A stretch of 64,000 bases of DNA from Eledone cirrhosa. Taxonomy: Eukaryota. Where the stretch lies: NCBI GenBank assembly GCA_964016885.1, contig OZ024740.1:225060001-225124000 (forward strand). The letters are read 5' to 3'. Made by a program: the position numbers and the translations under genes. The notes under the pieces were generated by a model. It searched no databases. It saw only the letters and a list, made by a program, of their open reading frames with translations, and was not told where the DNA came from. Each line of letters starts with the position of its first letter. Positions within the stretch are counted from its first letter, which is position 1. This document shows, piece by piece, positions 39,870-52,303 of this stretch.

Positions 39870-40052
39870 AAATCAATGGCCGATACTGCTTGGAACCAGT
39901 GATGTCACAACTTATTTCTACAGCTGAGTGATCTGGAGCAATGCGAAATAAAGTATTTGCTCAAGAACACAATGCACCACCTGGTCCAAGATTTGAACTC
40001 ACAACCTTACAATTGTGAACTCAACACTCTAGCCACTAAGACATGTGCCTTC
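39870..40052 (-). mobile_element. tRNA-derived SINE with CORE-like block (second family)
   Basis: Minus strand TCTTAGTGG...GAGTTCAAATCT boxes then GTGTTCTTGAGCAAATACTTTAT; homolog at 60050-60232. Confidence 0.75.
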
Positions 40053-41254
40053 TCTGAGTAAAATAGGTGCATTTTATCATGGCACAAACTTTAGAGATGT
40101 TGTCATGCTTTCAGCATGTCTAAAGAGTCCATTCCATCCACATTGTCTCCTTTCATTACTTTTCAATGTCTGTTGGATAAATATAAGCAGTTTTCAACTC
40201 AAATAAAAATACAACCATATGTCTAATACTGAAACATGCTTTTATTCTTTATTTAATAGAATTTCATTCCTTTTAAAATATCATTATTCATGTAATTCCT
40301 TTACATCAATGTGCAAAAATCTTTAATGATATCTATCAAGTATTATCCTGCCATCTAAATTGTATTCCTCTTTGAGAATTCTGTTTTAGATAATTAATTT
40401 TCCCCTCAAGATTTCAAATAAGTTAATTATCAGATTATGAGCACAGCAACAACTTGTTAAACTAACAGACAAATTCTGTACACTACCTTTTATTCTTGTT
40501 AAATGAATGGCACATATCTATTAGAACCATACCTACATGGTTTGTATTTGTATTGCACCCTTCATATGAAAATAAGAACCAATAATGTAATATATTGTAG
40601 TGCATACGTAATTTGAAATCCAAATGCAGGGACAGGAATAGCTCCAAGCAGTCACTATTGAGAGTAAAGCAACATGTCTCAAATTCCAGACACTTCTTTC
40701 TGCCCCTAAGTGTATATTACTCGATTTCCTAAAGCTATTATTATTTAAATTAATTTCTGTGTTTGGATTCCAACATATCAATTTACGAACATACATAGTT
40801 CCACAATTTTGTAGAGTTATATAAACTTTCCTTATTTATTGCATAACCAATGACACCGATTTACAAAATGCCATTGAAAATCTTTCTGAATTTCATTAAA
40901 GTCAAATTCTATCAAAGACACTGGTAAAACATGTACTTAACTGCACATAATGGGAGTTGTATCTGGCTATTTTATTTGGAAGTCGAATAGCAGGTTGAAA
41001 GGTTGCCAATGCATATCACATCATGATCTTCGAAAAGACAAATAACTCTTAAGTGAAACAAGTTTACATAACTGTAAATAGGAATCATAGTTCTGTCATG
41101 CTAACTGTTTCACTCTGAAAATGATAAAAATCTATCTCACTTCCTACCACTACGTGTAACACACATATCAGTTCCATCAAGTTTATCCTCATAAACAGTA
41201 GGGCTCTATTATTTTATGGTACTGAATTAAAATTTTCCAATGTGTAGTATTTAT

Positions 41255-41550
41255 GTATAGGTCTGGAGAGAGTGATAGTGTCCATGGTTTGCAGGCCTTC
41301 TAAAACAGGAGAGGGTGAAGGAGTTGATGTTTCATTTAAACTATTGCAATTTGACTCTTGTAGGAAAGACATGAACAAGGAGGTAGTTCCAAAGAGCTGA
41401 TATCCTGATCAGAAAGTATTGGATGTAGTTGTTTGTGCTATGATTGGTTGGATAGAATAAAGACAAGTAAGCTATAAGTGACTGAGTGCAGTTAAGATGG
41501 GATCAGTCATCTGAAAAGAACTGATATCATTATAGCAGTGGAGATCTATG
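41255..41550 (-). mobile_element. Decayed CR1/L2-type 3' end
   Basis: Minus strand IRISALWNYLLVHVFP...LQ.FK resembles the RT..LWNSLP..VFP..NL..FK terminus. Confidence 0.55.
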
Positions 41551-42858
41551 CTCTATTAGGCTTATGTGCTCACAATAGATTAAACATGATTATCTAATTA
41601 TCTAAAATATTACAAAATTCAATAATTATTATCAGGTATTAATATATTCATGTTTAAATTTCCAGACTGAGAAGAAAGAATGGAATGTAAAATAAGAAAA
41701 TATTTTTAAAAAACAGAAAAGGAAGGTATAGGCACTAGTGTCACAGAGGAATGGGGAGGGTGAAGGTGAGGGTGACTGTGCTCTGGGCCTAGAGTGCAGC
41801 AGCAATGGGGCTGTGCTCCACGGTCATGACCACAAAAGCATTTCTGCAGAAAATGGTCAGTGACACCCACTGCAACAGCCACCCCACCTCATGGGACTCC
41901 TTCCTCAGATGGGCTGCCAACATTCTGATCACACACAGGAGCTTGGCAGTATGGGGTCTAAGCTTGCCTAAGGTCTTGACGGTAACTGGTGCGAAGAGGA
42001 AGCGGCTGGACTCTCCCCAGTATTTGTTTAAATTATTTCATGCACTTACAGGAAAACCTCTCTATTGTTGGTATCAGATTAAAATGAAAGCCGTATGCTA
42101 TGTGGAGTGGCTGGCAACTGAACAAAGAAAATATTGGGTAGAGTGAATTCTTCAGCTCTGTTGAGTATATAACAACATCTCTAGAGCTGGTGCCATTATA
42201 GAATGCGCCAACTACACCATGTAAAGTGGTAGTGCTTGTGTCACAAAAAAAAATTCACCCTGTACACTCTGTAAAGTGGTGGCATTAGGAAAGGCATCCA
42301 AACAAATTACAAAATGCATGAGAAAACATGGTTCTCTGACCCATCTAGCTTTGGACCATAAAAACCTGCATGGAAAACATATTTAAAATGGTGGTGGTGG
42401 TGGTGGTGGTGGTAGTGGTGATGATGATGAATAATAAGTAGAAGGGGGAGGATGATGATGATTGCTATATTTTGATCTCAGCCATGAGATCAAAATGAAC
42501 TCAAATCTTCTCATCTATTTCTTCCATTCTATGTAGCAATCAAAGCAAAGTTCTCCTTATTCGGTTATCTTACAAATGAATAGTTGATATGAGTATTTTA
42601 CAGGTGCACACCCTCTTACTGATATCCAATTAATTATTGATATCTAACAGGGAAACAAGGCAACCAATTAGTTATTAACTATCATGTGGCGTCTCTTGTT
42701 CCTTTTGATAGAAAAATAGTGGAATTATGGATAGGCTTTTACATCAAAGCCTTTTAGCATATACATGAATATATGGTTGTATATGTGTGTTTATACATGT
42801 ATGTATGTACTTATAAATATATATATATATATACACACACACATACATACATATATAT

Positions 42859-42892
<34 letters not shown>

Positions 42893-43489
42893 TTATTTAT
42901 TTATTTATATACATACCTCACACACACACACATATATATATGTATATATCTCTATGTATGTATGTATGTAAATGCATCTGTGTATGTGTATATATATATA
43001 TAGAGAGAGAGAGTATTTTCAATTTATGATTTGTTTATGTAATTTCTCCTCTTTAATAAGTAGATCTGTGCAGAGAGGAAATATATATTAAGCAGCTATA
43101 TTATGCTGTCATATATAGTGACATTTTAAAAGGAAAACCTGCTGAATAATTTAGATACTTCAAAGTTTCATTAGACAACTCTTAATAAAAATATCAACAT
43201 CAAACATTGTAACATTTTAAAAAGCAGAAACAGTAGAATATAAATAGATTAATTAACGCTGAGCATTTGATACATGTGCTTATCAATTATAGTTACTATA
43301 TTATTATCACAGGGTTGTGGATTGAAATATTTGTCACACTGCCAGACAAAATCTCACACAGTTTGATTGTCTGTGATTTGTGCTCCAATCTCGCTCAGGT
43401 CAATATTACTCTATATTTTTCTAAGGTTGAAAACAATAAAGTAACTGTTAAACCTAAAGTCTAGAGCCTGTCATAAGCCAGAAGGCACA

Positions 43490-43670
43490 TTAGGCCGGTG
43501 CTTATCCAAGTTTCATGACATGAAGCAACTGAGAGTACAAGACTACCCCCCTCTCCTGGACAGGATGCCAGTCTATCGCAGGGTTAAAACCCCAGCTATT
43601 GCTGGCACTCATTTTAAGTTGAGTATAGAGGCGCAACATGAAATGAAGTGTTTTGCTCAAGAACATGTCT
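43490..43670 (-). mobile_element. SINE fragment
   Basis: GAAATGAAGTGTTTTGCTCAAGAACA shared with 39944-39970; CTGGACAGGATGCCAGTCTATCGCAGG block. Confidence 0.6.
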
Positions 43671-44269
43671 CCACAACTGCTAAATATAAGGGATTATTTC
43701 ATCAACTATAAAACTATATTCAAAATATGTGGACTTGTTCGAAATCATGTTAATCTTAAAGACTGTTCACTACAATCAAAGATGATCCATAAATTTTTTA
43801 TCAAATTGTTACATCCTCCTCCTCATCATCATCATCATCAACAGCAGCAGCATCATCATCATCGTCATCATCATCACTGTTTAACATATATTTTTCATGC
43901 TAGAGAGATTGTCAGGAGTCATGCACTTCATTTTGGTTTAGTTTCTATGACTGGATGTCCTTCCTAATGCCAACCACTTTATATCAGGTACTGAGACCAT
44001 GATTTCTGTTGCTGCTGGATGCTCTTCCTATTGCCACCTACTTTAAAATATATATATATATATATTTATCTATCTAATCTATCTTACGGACGATCTGTCG
44101 ATTTTGAGAATGTAAGCAAAACACTTGTCTTTTCTTTTACTCCACAGTTTCACTCGATGAACAGTGTTTTAAACTTCTATTTATGCCAGTCTAGTAATCA
44201 AATTCTCCGTTTTTCTCTCTCGGATTTTCAGTTAATATTTTACATGTTTTTAATAATATGCCTCATTTC

Positions 44270-47200
44270 TGTTGAACGCTTCCTAAAAACTAACCTTCTA
44301 AAGTTATCCATTTCCTGCCCACCCCCACACACCACCATTGCTATATGGTCCAATCATAACTCAGCGGTTACCATTGCTATATGGTCCAATCTTAACTCAG
44401 CGGTTTATAGTAAGTTCCCTTACAAATCAGTATAGCAAAGCTACCACCTCGGTTACTACTCCTTATGTTTAGACCTGTTTGATGGGTGGACTGCGGAATT
44501 TAGAAAGACTGAACATTCAATGACAATGTCACAGGTAAAGATAAATTCACCTCCCGCTGCAGGACGAGAATACAAGGACCCCTCTTTATTTCAGACAAAG
44601 ATGACCAACAAAATCCCGTCTCCCACACCCCTCCATGCCCCTCCAACCCATCCATCCCACCCTCCCAACTTCAGAGTTGGAACCATGAACATAGGCACAT
44701 TGAAAAGTTGCTCAAATGAGATACTTGAACGTAAAGAAGTTGATGTTTGTTGTGTTCAAGAGACTAGGTGGAGAGGTGGGTCTGCCAGATTCATTGTGGG
44801 TAAAATACGATGCTATAAACTTTTCTGGGTGAGAAATGACAACGGACAGGGTGCTGTAGGAATTATGTTAGCTGAAAAATGGGTAGATAAGGTAATTGAC
44901 GTAAAGAGAGTGAATGACAGAATTATTAAAATAAAACTAGTTCTAAATAGAACTACTGTGACAATAATATCCACTTATGCACCCCAATCTGATCTACGTG
45001 ACGTTATAAAGGACAGGTTCTATGAGATGTTAATGCACAATACCTCCCAAATAACTGACAGCAACTACTTAATTATTGCTGGTGACCTAAACAGTCACCT
45101 TGGACAACATAGTGATGGCTATGATGGAATCCATGGAGGCTATGGGTTTGGAAAAAGAAATGAGGAGGGCTTCAGAATCCTAGAATTCTGTGACACGAAC
45201 TTCAAAAAATGAGAAAAACACTTGATCACCTATAGATCAGTGGAACATGCCAGCCTGGTAGATTATATCCTTACTAGAAGACGTGACAAAGTGTCTGTTG
45301 TAAACACTAAATCCCTCCCCCATGAAGAATTCACCTCCCAACATAACCTAGTAGTTAGTGACCTCATAATCAGGAATAGGCGTACTCGACGACAGAGGAG
45401 GCCTACCTTGAGGAGAAGAATATGGAATTTGAAGGACCCCATAGCCAGTGACGAATTTAAAAGCTTATTACTTGATGCCTTTGACAATAAGGAAGAACAA
45501 TTAGAGATGTGCAGTATAGAGGAACAGTGGGATTTCTGGAAAGTGAACCTGCTGAAAGCAACGGATGAAATTTGTGGCTGGAGCAGACCTATTGGCAGGA
45601 GGAGACTAACTTGGTGGTGGAACAGTAAGGTGGAGGAGACAATCAAGACCAAAAAGCAGGCTTGGAAAGTATGGCAGGATGGGGGAAGTAGAGAACACTA
45701 TCAAGTGGCCAGTAGAGAAGCTAGGAGACAAGTGTACCTTCCAAAAAGGGAAGCAGAGGATAGAAAGTTCAAGCATGTTCTACAACGTGAGGACCAAAAA
45801 CGTGAGGTGTTCAGGATTGCTAGACAATGTGTCAAGGAAAACCATGATATTGTCGGGGAGAAGTGTGTCCATAATGATAAAGGTGTACTTGCCCTCACTG
45901 ATACTGATAAGAAGATAGCTTGGAAGTGTCACTACGAGAGACTATTAATGAGGAGAATAAATGGGATAAAGATAGTCTTCCCCAAATCGATCCAATAAAA
46001 GGACCAGCAGTGCAAATTAAAGGAAGTATAATAAGTATGGCAATCAAAAATATGAAGACAGGCAAGGCAGCTGGGCCTTCGGGGATAATTCCTGAAATGT
46101 TGAAGGCATCTGGAATGGTGTGACATACTATGGTCACCCGTATAGTTAACCAAGTAATACAGAATGGGGTCATACCAAAAGACTGGCATAGCAGCATCAT
46201 CATTAACTGCTACAAGGGTAAAAGGGATACTCTAGGTAGGAGTAACTATAGAGGCATTAAGTTAATTGCCCAGGGCATGAAGGTCACAGAAAGAGTTATA
46301 GGGCAACTAATCAGAGAGAAAATTGATCTAGATGAAATGCACTTTGGGTTTGTGTCAGGTAAAAGTACCACAGATGCTCTTTTCCTTGTACAACAACTAC
46401 AGGAGAAGTACCTAGCTAAAAGTAAATCCCTCTACTTAGCTGTTGTAGACCTGAAGAAAGCCTTTGACAGAGTCCCCCGCTCCATTATCTGGTGGGCTCT
46501 TAGAAAACTAGGTGTAGATGAATTGCTTGTGAGAGCTATACAAGCTATGTATAATGAAACAGTCAGTAAGGTTGGAATTAACAATGAATATTGTGAAGAA
46601 TTTAGTGTAAAAGTTAGTGTTCATCAAGGCTCTGTCCTTAGCCCCCTACTATTTATTATTGCCCTTCAGGCTATAACAGAGGAGTTTAAGGTGGGCTGCC
46701 CATGGGAACTCATATACACAGATGATCTAACTCTTATAGCTGAATCAATGGCTGAACTAGAGAATAAATTCCAAACATGGAAGCATGGCCTAGAATCAAA
46801 AAGCCTTAAAGTTAACTTGTCTAAGACTAAAGTTCTAGTTTGTAGAAATAAAAATAGGGCACAGGTGCCCTCAGGGAAATGGCCATGCTCAGTGTGTAGG
46901 AAAGGAGTAGGCAGTAATAATATTTTATGTCTCAAATGTAAACTATGGGTACTTAAAGATGTAGTGGGATCACACGTAAACTATCTAAGAACGTAGATTT
47001 TATATGTGGCCAATGCTCAGGTGCAATAAGTAGCAAGTGCCCACAAGATACTAGCTCCTTCTATTGCCTAGATGGTTCTATAGAAATAGTGGACACTTTC
47101 TGTTACCTGGGTGACAAAATCAGCAGTGGTGGAGGGTGCTCTGAAAGTACAGTAGCCAGAGTCAGAATGGGATGGAAAAAGTTCAGAGAGCTTATCACGC

Positions 47201-48100
47201 TGTTGGCCACAAAAGGTTTCTCTCTGAAAATGAAAGGCAGATTGTATGGTGCCTGAATACAAACAGCATTGCTACATGGCAGTGAGACATGGCATTGCAT
47301 GCAGAGGACCTGCACAGACTGGAAAGGAACGAAGCATGCATGCTCCATTGGATGTGTAATATTAATATACGTGAATGGCAAAGCATAAATGAACTAAGTA
47401 AGAAATTAGGAATAAGAGGGATCAGATGCTGTTTACTTGAGAGAAGACTACGTTGGTATGGTCACGTGATGCGCATGAAAGATGACAGCTGTATAAAAAA
47501 GTACAAGGCGATCAAAATTGATGGTAGTTACAGAGTAGGTAGACCCAGAAAAACCTGGGACGATTTGATAAATTCCGACGTTACACACTTGCACCTCTCT
47601 AAGATAATGTCACTGGACCGAGATCTTTGGCTCTACGCAGTAATACAGAAGACCCGCCTTGCCTATGTACAAAGCGAAACCTACAGTCAGTAGGCACCTC
47701 TTAACCAAATATACACCCCAATCCACTACCCTACCCTATCCTCCCACTACCACTAACACCACCCTTTCTCTGTAATGTTGTTACCACAATATCTAGTCCA
47801 AATAAATGAGATAATGAAATCGAGATTGAGATCATGTAGGTGTCACGACAAAAAAAAAACACACTGTCCATGCTGTAATGTGGTCGTGTAGGTAACATGG
47901 TAAAAAGATCCCAGTTCCACACTGTAAATGTGGTTGGTGTTAGGAAGGGCATCCAGCCGTAGAAAACCTGCCAGATAGTCCTATATGAGCGAGACACGGA
48001 CACTCGACCAACCTTGCCTCATGTGAGACAACTCCTGTCTAAACCATGCTAGCGTGGAAGATAGACGTTAAACGAAGATGATGATGATGATGATGATGAT
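44270..48100 (+). mobile_element. Near full-length RTE LINE (copy D), multiple stops and frameshifts
   Basis: APE (VGTMNIGTL, CVQETRW, YAPQ, AGDLN), RT (YTDD), C-terminus, 3' UTR, (GAT)n to 48100. Confidence 0.95.
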
Positions 48101-48104
48101 GGTA

Positions 48105-48774
48105 TATACAAAATAAATAACAATGAAATTGTTTTTAAGGCATTTAATCGTTTCGTCCAGATATAGGTCTGGAATCATTTGAGCATATAAAAGGTTAAAA
48201 CAAATATATTGCTAATCATTAGAACATTCAACAGGATACATTATATGTGAGAAGACTAATTATAAGTGTTAATTGCAATATATCAAAGAGCAAGAGAAAA
48301 AGAATATTAGAAGGAAATAATTATAATGAAAAAAATAGTAATAAAATATTATAATTAAAATTTGTTTTAAAGCTATAATATAAGTAGTATGTGGTATATG
48401 GTATATATATATATAAGGATTATTATTTATATCAAAAATCGTAACAAAAATATTGTAGCAAGAATATCATATCAAGAATATTAATAACAGTAGAGTACAT
48501 GCAATATAAGTGAGAAAATTGTGTAGGCGTTAAAAATTATAAGTATCATAAGATATATTGGTCTTAGGGAAAACGTTTTATAATGTTAATCATAATGTTC
48601 ATGCAGAAGATGTAATGGCAATAGGTATAAAGCATATAGGCATTAAGTATAGAATTGTACCATTCAAACAGATATATTAAAAAAACGTATAATCCAAAAT
48701 TATATACTGGTAATCGGGTAATATACAATATTACCTTTATCTTATTTATATTTCTATATAAGTATAACTATTAC

Positions 48775-48778
<4 letters not shown>
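48105..48778 (-). mobile_element. Probable PLE 3' remnant with decayed hammerhead (about 48141-48188)
   Basis: Minus strand CAAAUGA-UUCCAGA(CCUAUA)UCUGGAC-GAAA-CG; AT-rich skewed body; (TA)n at 48779. Confidence 0.45.
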
Positions 48779-48820
<42 letters not shown>

Positions 48821-48857
48821 TATAGATATACATATATATATATATATATATATATGT

Positions 48858-49507
48858 ATCATCATCTCATTATCATCATTTTACGTCTGCTTTTCCCTGC
48901 TTGCAAGGGTGGGATGGGTCCTATTCAGCACAGCATCTCTCCAATTGTCACAGTCCTTCGTCATCTCCTCCGTGAGTTTCAGCGATCTGAGGTCTGCTCT
49001 CATCACCTCCGTACATGTTTTTCGTGGTCTTCCTCTACTGCGTCTTCCTTCTACTGGGATTTCTTGGCACTTCTTTACCCAGCGGTCATCCTCCATGCAC
49101 ATCACATGTCCATACCATCTCAGTCTTCTCTCCAGCACACCACAACTTATCCCTTTTATACCCAGTTTCTTTCTCAACTCATCTATGCTTGGTCGTTCAG
49201 GCACATTGACATTGCATATCCAACGGAACATGCTTGCTTCATTTCTCTCCAGCCGTCGCATATCCTATACAGTTGCTGCTCATGTCTCACTACCATGCAG
49301 CATCGCACATCTCACACAGGCATCATATAACTGGCCTTTCGTACGCAGGCAGAAATCCTTCTTTGTCAACAGAGGAAGCAGCTCCCTAAACTTCTTCCAA
49401 CCCGTCCTTATTCTAGATACTATGGCCTCGGAACACCCACCTCCCATGCTAATCTGATCAACTAGGTACCGGAAGCGATCAATCACTTCTATAGAACCCA
49501 CCTGCAT
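48858..49507 (-). mobile_element. RTE 3' fragment (copy F) between TA tracts
   Basis: [12 protein letters not shown]...RRLRWYGHV...GRPRKT; degenerate (GAT)n right after the stop. Confidence 0.92.
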
Positions 49508-49527
49508 TTGAAAATATATATATATGA

Positions 49528-49619
<92 letters not shown>

Positions 49620-49626
49620 GCATATA

Positions 49627-49706
<80 letters not shown>

Positions 49707-49722
49707 TATATGCATATATATA

Positions 49723-50314
49723 TCGAGTGAGATAGTCGGCCGAGCGGACCGAAAACGATAAATGGAAAAGAATGAAATGAAATTTCATTTCCCACTCTTA
49801 GTCCGGCTGATACTTAAATATAAGTATGTATACGTACACACATATATGTATACAGACGTACAGTAGTATGTATATATATATATACATACATGCACACATA
49901 TATATATGTATGTATGGGTTTACCGAACATTTATTATAATGTTCATTTGTTTGTAAACAAACAGCCCGAATTAAGCCGTACAGTGTTCGGCAACCATCGT
50001 CGCCTTTTTGTTCAACACTGATAAAGGAACGATGAACTAGTTTCAAGCTTATTAGCTATCGTCAGCATCGTATACCTTCCTGTCAGAACGTTTGAAAGTA
50101 TATACTTTCCTTATGCATATTAACGGCTGAGCAGCCTAATTTACATATGGAGTGAGTTAGTCGGCCGGGCGTACCGAAAACGATAAATGGAAAAGAATGA
50201 AATGAAATGAAATTTCTCACTCGATATGCAAATCAGGCTGCTCAGCCGTTAATATGCATAAGGAAAGTATATAATTTCAAACGTCATCTGACAGGAAGGT
50301 ATACGATGCTGACG
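49723..50314 (-). mobile_element. Hammerhead-containing ~425-bp unit with partial tandem repeat and terminal inversion (retrozyme/pLTR-like)
   Basis: Direct repeats 49725-49786 and 50150-50216; inverted arms 50060-50156 and 50216-50314; begins in long (TA)n. Confidence 0.8.
50029..50071 (-). ncRNA. Minimal type I hammerhead ribozyme
   Basis: ACGAUG-CUGACGA-UAGCU(AAUA)AGCUU-GAAA-CUAG-UU-CAUCGU; palindromic stem III, GUU triplet. Confidence 0.85.
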
Positions 50315-50378
50315 GAGGTTACCGCAGTTAAAAATATTACTCAATATCTTAGTACAGTATAGGTATATTTATTTCGTC

Positions 50379-50482
50379 ATAGAAATGATTTCTACAGGTC
50401 TAGAACAGTTTCATTCCTACAGAATCGTCACAATGATTTCTTACAAATGAAACAGTTCTAGCCCTGTAGAAGTCATTTCTAT
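50379..50482. repeat. 37-bp-arm inverted repeat centred on a broken hammerhead core
   Basis: Arms 50379-50415 and 50446-50482; minus strand GUGACGA-UUCUGUAGGAAU-GAAA-CUG-UU. Confidence 0.7.
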
Positions 50483-50550
50483 ATCTATATATATGTGTGT
50501 TTTGAACAAAGAAAATAAAATAAAAAGCAAAGGTAGATTGTTATTTAGTT

Positions 50551-50661
50551 CATTATTTTACAATAGTTTCAGAGAGCTGACTAATTGATAATGTTTTTGC
50601 CACCACATATTACTGATCTCATTATTCTAGATCCATTTTACTGTCTTCCTCAGAAACAAGG
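50551..50661 (-). ncRNA. Type I hammerhead candidate with a 76-nt stem II domain
   Basis: CCUUGUUU-CUGAGGA-AGA..(76 nt)..UCU-GAAA-CUAUUG-UA-AAAUAAUG; the other arm gives CAUUGUUU, a full 8-bp stem I. Confidence 0.6.
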
Positions 50662-50797
50662 TTACCATGGTCAATCAACCCTCTCAAGATATCATAAAAC
50701 TATGAATTAACCTAGTTAATTCATAATTTTATGATCGCTTGAGATTGCTGATTAATCATGATAACATTGTTTCTGAGGAAGACGGTAAAATGGATCT
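50629..50797. repeat. 83-bp-arm imperfect inverted repeat, 3-nt loop
   Basis: Arms 50629-50711 and 50715-50797 around TATGAATTAAC-CTA-GTTAATTCATA. Confidence 0.85.
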
Positions 50798-50930
50798 GAG
50801 GAATCTTATATGATGAGAGCCTACTACAAAAACTATAGTTCTCACCGCATGAACTCATTGGAATTATCTCTTCAAGACTGCATAGAGTTCTAACAAAATT
50901 TTTGGCCCAACCACAAAAAGATAGATACCA

Positions 50931-50965
<35 letters not shown>

Positions 50966-50983
50966 TTTTATTAAATCTAAATC

Positions 50984-51090
50984 GTGAGTCTTATTACTTT
51001 TTTTCCTGTTTATCAGAGGGTCGTCAGACAAAGGCTTCTTGCCAGATGACCTCGTGACAAACAGACAAAACTCCAGAGTAACATGACTCA
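50984..51090. repeat. Old degenerate inverted repeat next to (TA)n
   Basis: GTGAGTCTTATTACT...CTGTTTATCAGAGGGTCGTC versus GATGACCTCGTGACAAACAG...AGTAACATGACTCAC. Confidence 0.55.
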
Positions 51091-51540
51091 CAGTTTAGTC
51101 TTAATAAAATGAATATTTAAACACTACTTTTGTATTGAGTACTATTTATTGAGTACTCATTTCTCCAAGCTCTCAAGCATATACATATATATATATGTAA
51201 ACAACATCTCTGGAAGTTTTGTGTGTTCAAAAAGATGAATGTGTTGAGGTAATTATTTACAAAATGATTTTTTTTATACGTCCCACGAGGATGAAACAAT
51301 TGTAAATCAAATTATGATGTAAATAAGTGTTTGGTAACATATTTTAATGAATAATTTGCTCCATGTGTAGTTAATCTAATACAATAGGAATTTGTGTAAG
51401 TGTTTTGTTGTTTTCTTTTAATATGAGCCATGTGAACAATAAATTACCATATTTTGAGGGGATATAACCTTTTCACCTACACCTTTCCAGTTTTTAGATT
51501 TGAAAATGAATTTCTTTGTATACATCAGTATTTGAATTTA

Positions 51541-51589
<49 letters not shown>

Positions 51590-51716
51590 AAAGTTCTATT
51601 TAAATTGTTGGGATACAACAAGCAAATATTATTATAACTGATATAAAGCACTCGACAAATATTTGGAGTAGATATACAATATTAATAAATGGAAACTATA
51701 TTTATAAAACCATATT

Positions 51717-51781
51717 TATTTCATTATATATATTTCAAGGATACCAAGTTAAATCATGGTATGCCTTCATCAGACAAAATA
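51717..51781 (-). ncRNA. Minimal type I hammerhead ribozyme
   Basis: UAUUUUGU-CUGAUGA-AGGCAUACCA(UGAUUUAACU)UGGUAUCCUU-GAAA-UAUAUA-UA-AUGAAAUA. Confidence 0.87.
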
Positions 51782-51931
51782 CAATATATAACAGTTTTAC
51801 AAATAGATATTGACGTACCCTTTCAAAAAGGTGACCGTTGTTTTTGGAGGCCATCCGGATAGTCTCCAAAAACAACCGTCACCTTTTTGAAAGGGTACGT
51901 CACTATCTATTTGTAAAACTGTTATATATTG

Positions 51932-51996
51932 TATTTTATCTGATGAAGGCATACCATGATTTAACTTGGTATCCTTGAAATATATATAATGAAATA
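51932..51996 (+). ncRNA. Minimal type I hammerhead ribozyme
   Basis: Same motif on plus strand; CTGATGA 51940-51946, GAAA 51977-51980, predicted cut after 51988. Confidence 0.87.
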
Positions 51997-52027
51997 AATA
52001 TGGTTTTATAAATATAGTTTCCATTTA

Positions 52028-52071
<44 letters not shown>

Positions 52072-52303
52072 TACGTATCGAGAGAGAGAAGGAGGGATAG
52101 GCAATACATGTAGTTATTTGCCAATAGCGTATGCAGAGGGTGCTCAATACTAGTGCCGGCAGTGTTAAATATTAGAAGTGTTAATATCTAGTGGGCGAGA
52201 GAATTAGCAGAGCGGCAGATTACTACAATAAGGCCTTGATAAGCGCCGGTTTTAACCGAGGAATCTCCTACATTCCACACACAATGGTACCACCCCGCAC
52301 ACA

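Larger units (their letters stand above)
51588..52035. mobile_element. Palindromic double-hammerhead element in (TA)n: 179-bp arms, no spacer, 90-nt extension
   Basis: Arms 51678-51856 and 51857-52035, centre ATCC|GGAT, about 5 mismatches; TA tracts on both sides. Confidence 0.92.

Noticed and set aside
40531-41117. Possible minus-strand exon(s) with good acceptor near 41115 and donor near 40531
   Set aside because: Stops in all frames over the span and no recognisable protein; needs RNA-seq
41805-42146. 113-aa ORF in a GC-richer patch
   Set aside because: No motif recognised with confidence; probably decayed TE
49479-49788. YIYI-type ORFs here and at many other loci
   Set aside because: Artefacts of (TA)n, which has no stop codons
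51588-52035. Integrated viroid-like or obelisk-like ambisense RNA
   Set aside because: The two ribozymes are simple reverse complements from one inverted duplication, not distinct ribozymes in a quasi-rod; PLE context is more parsimonious
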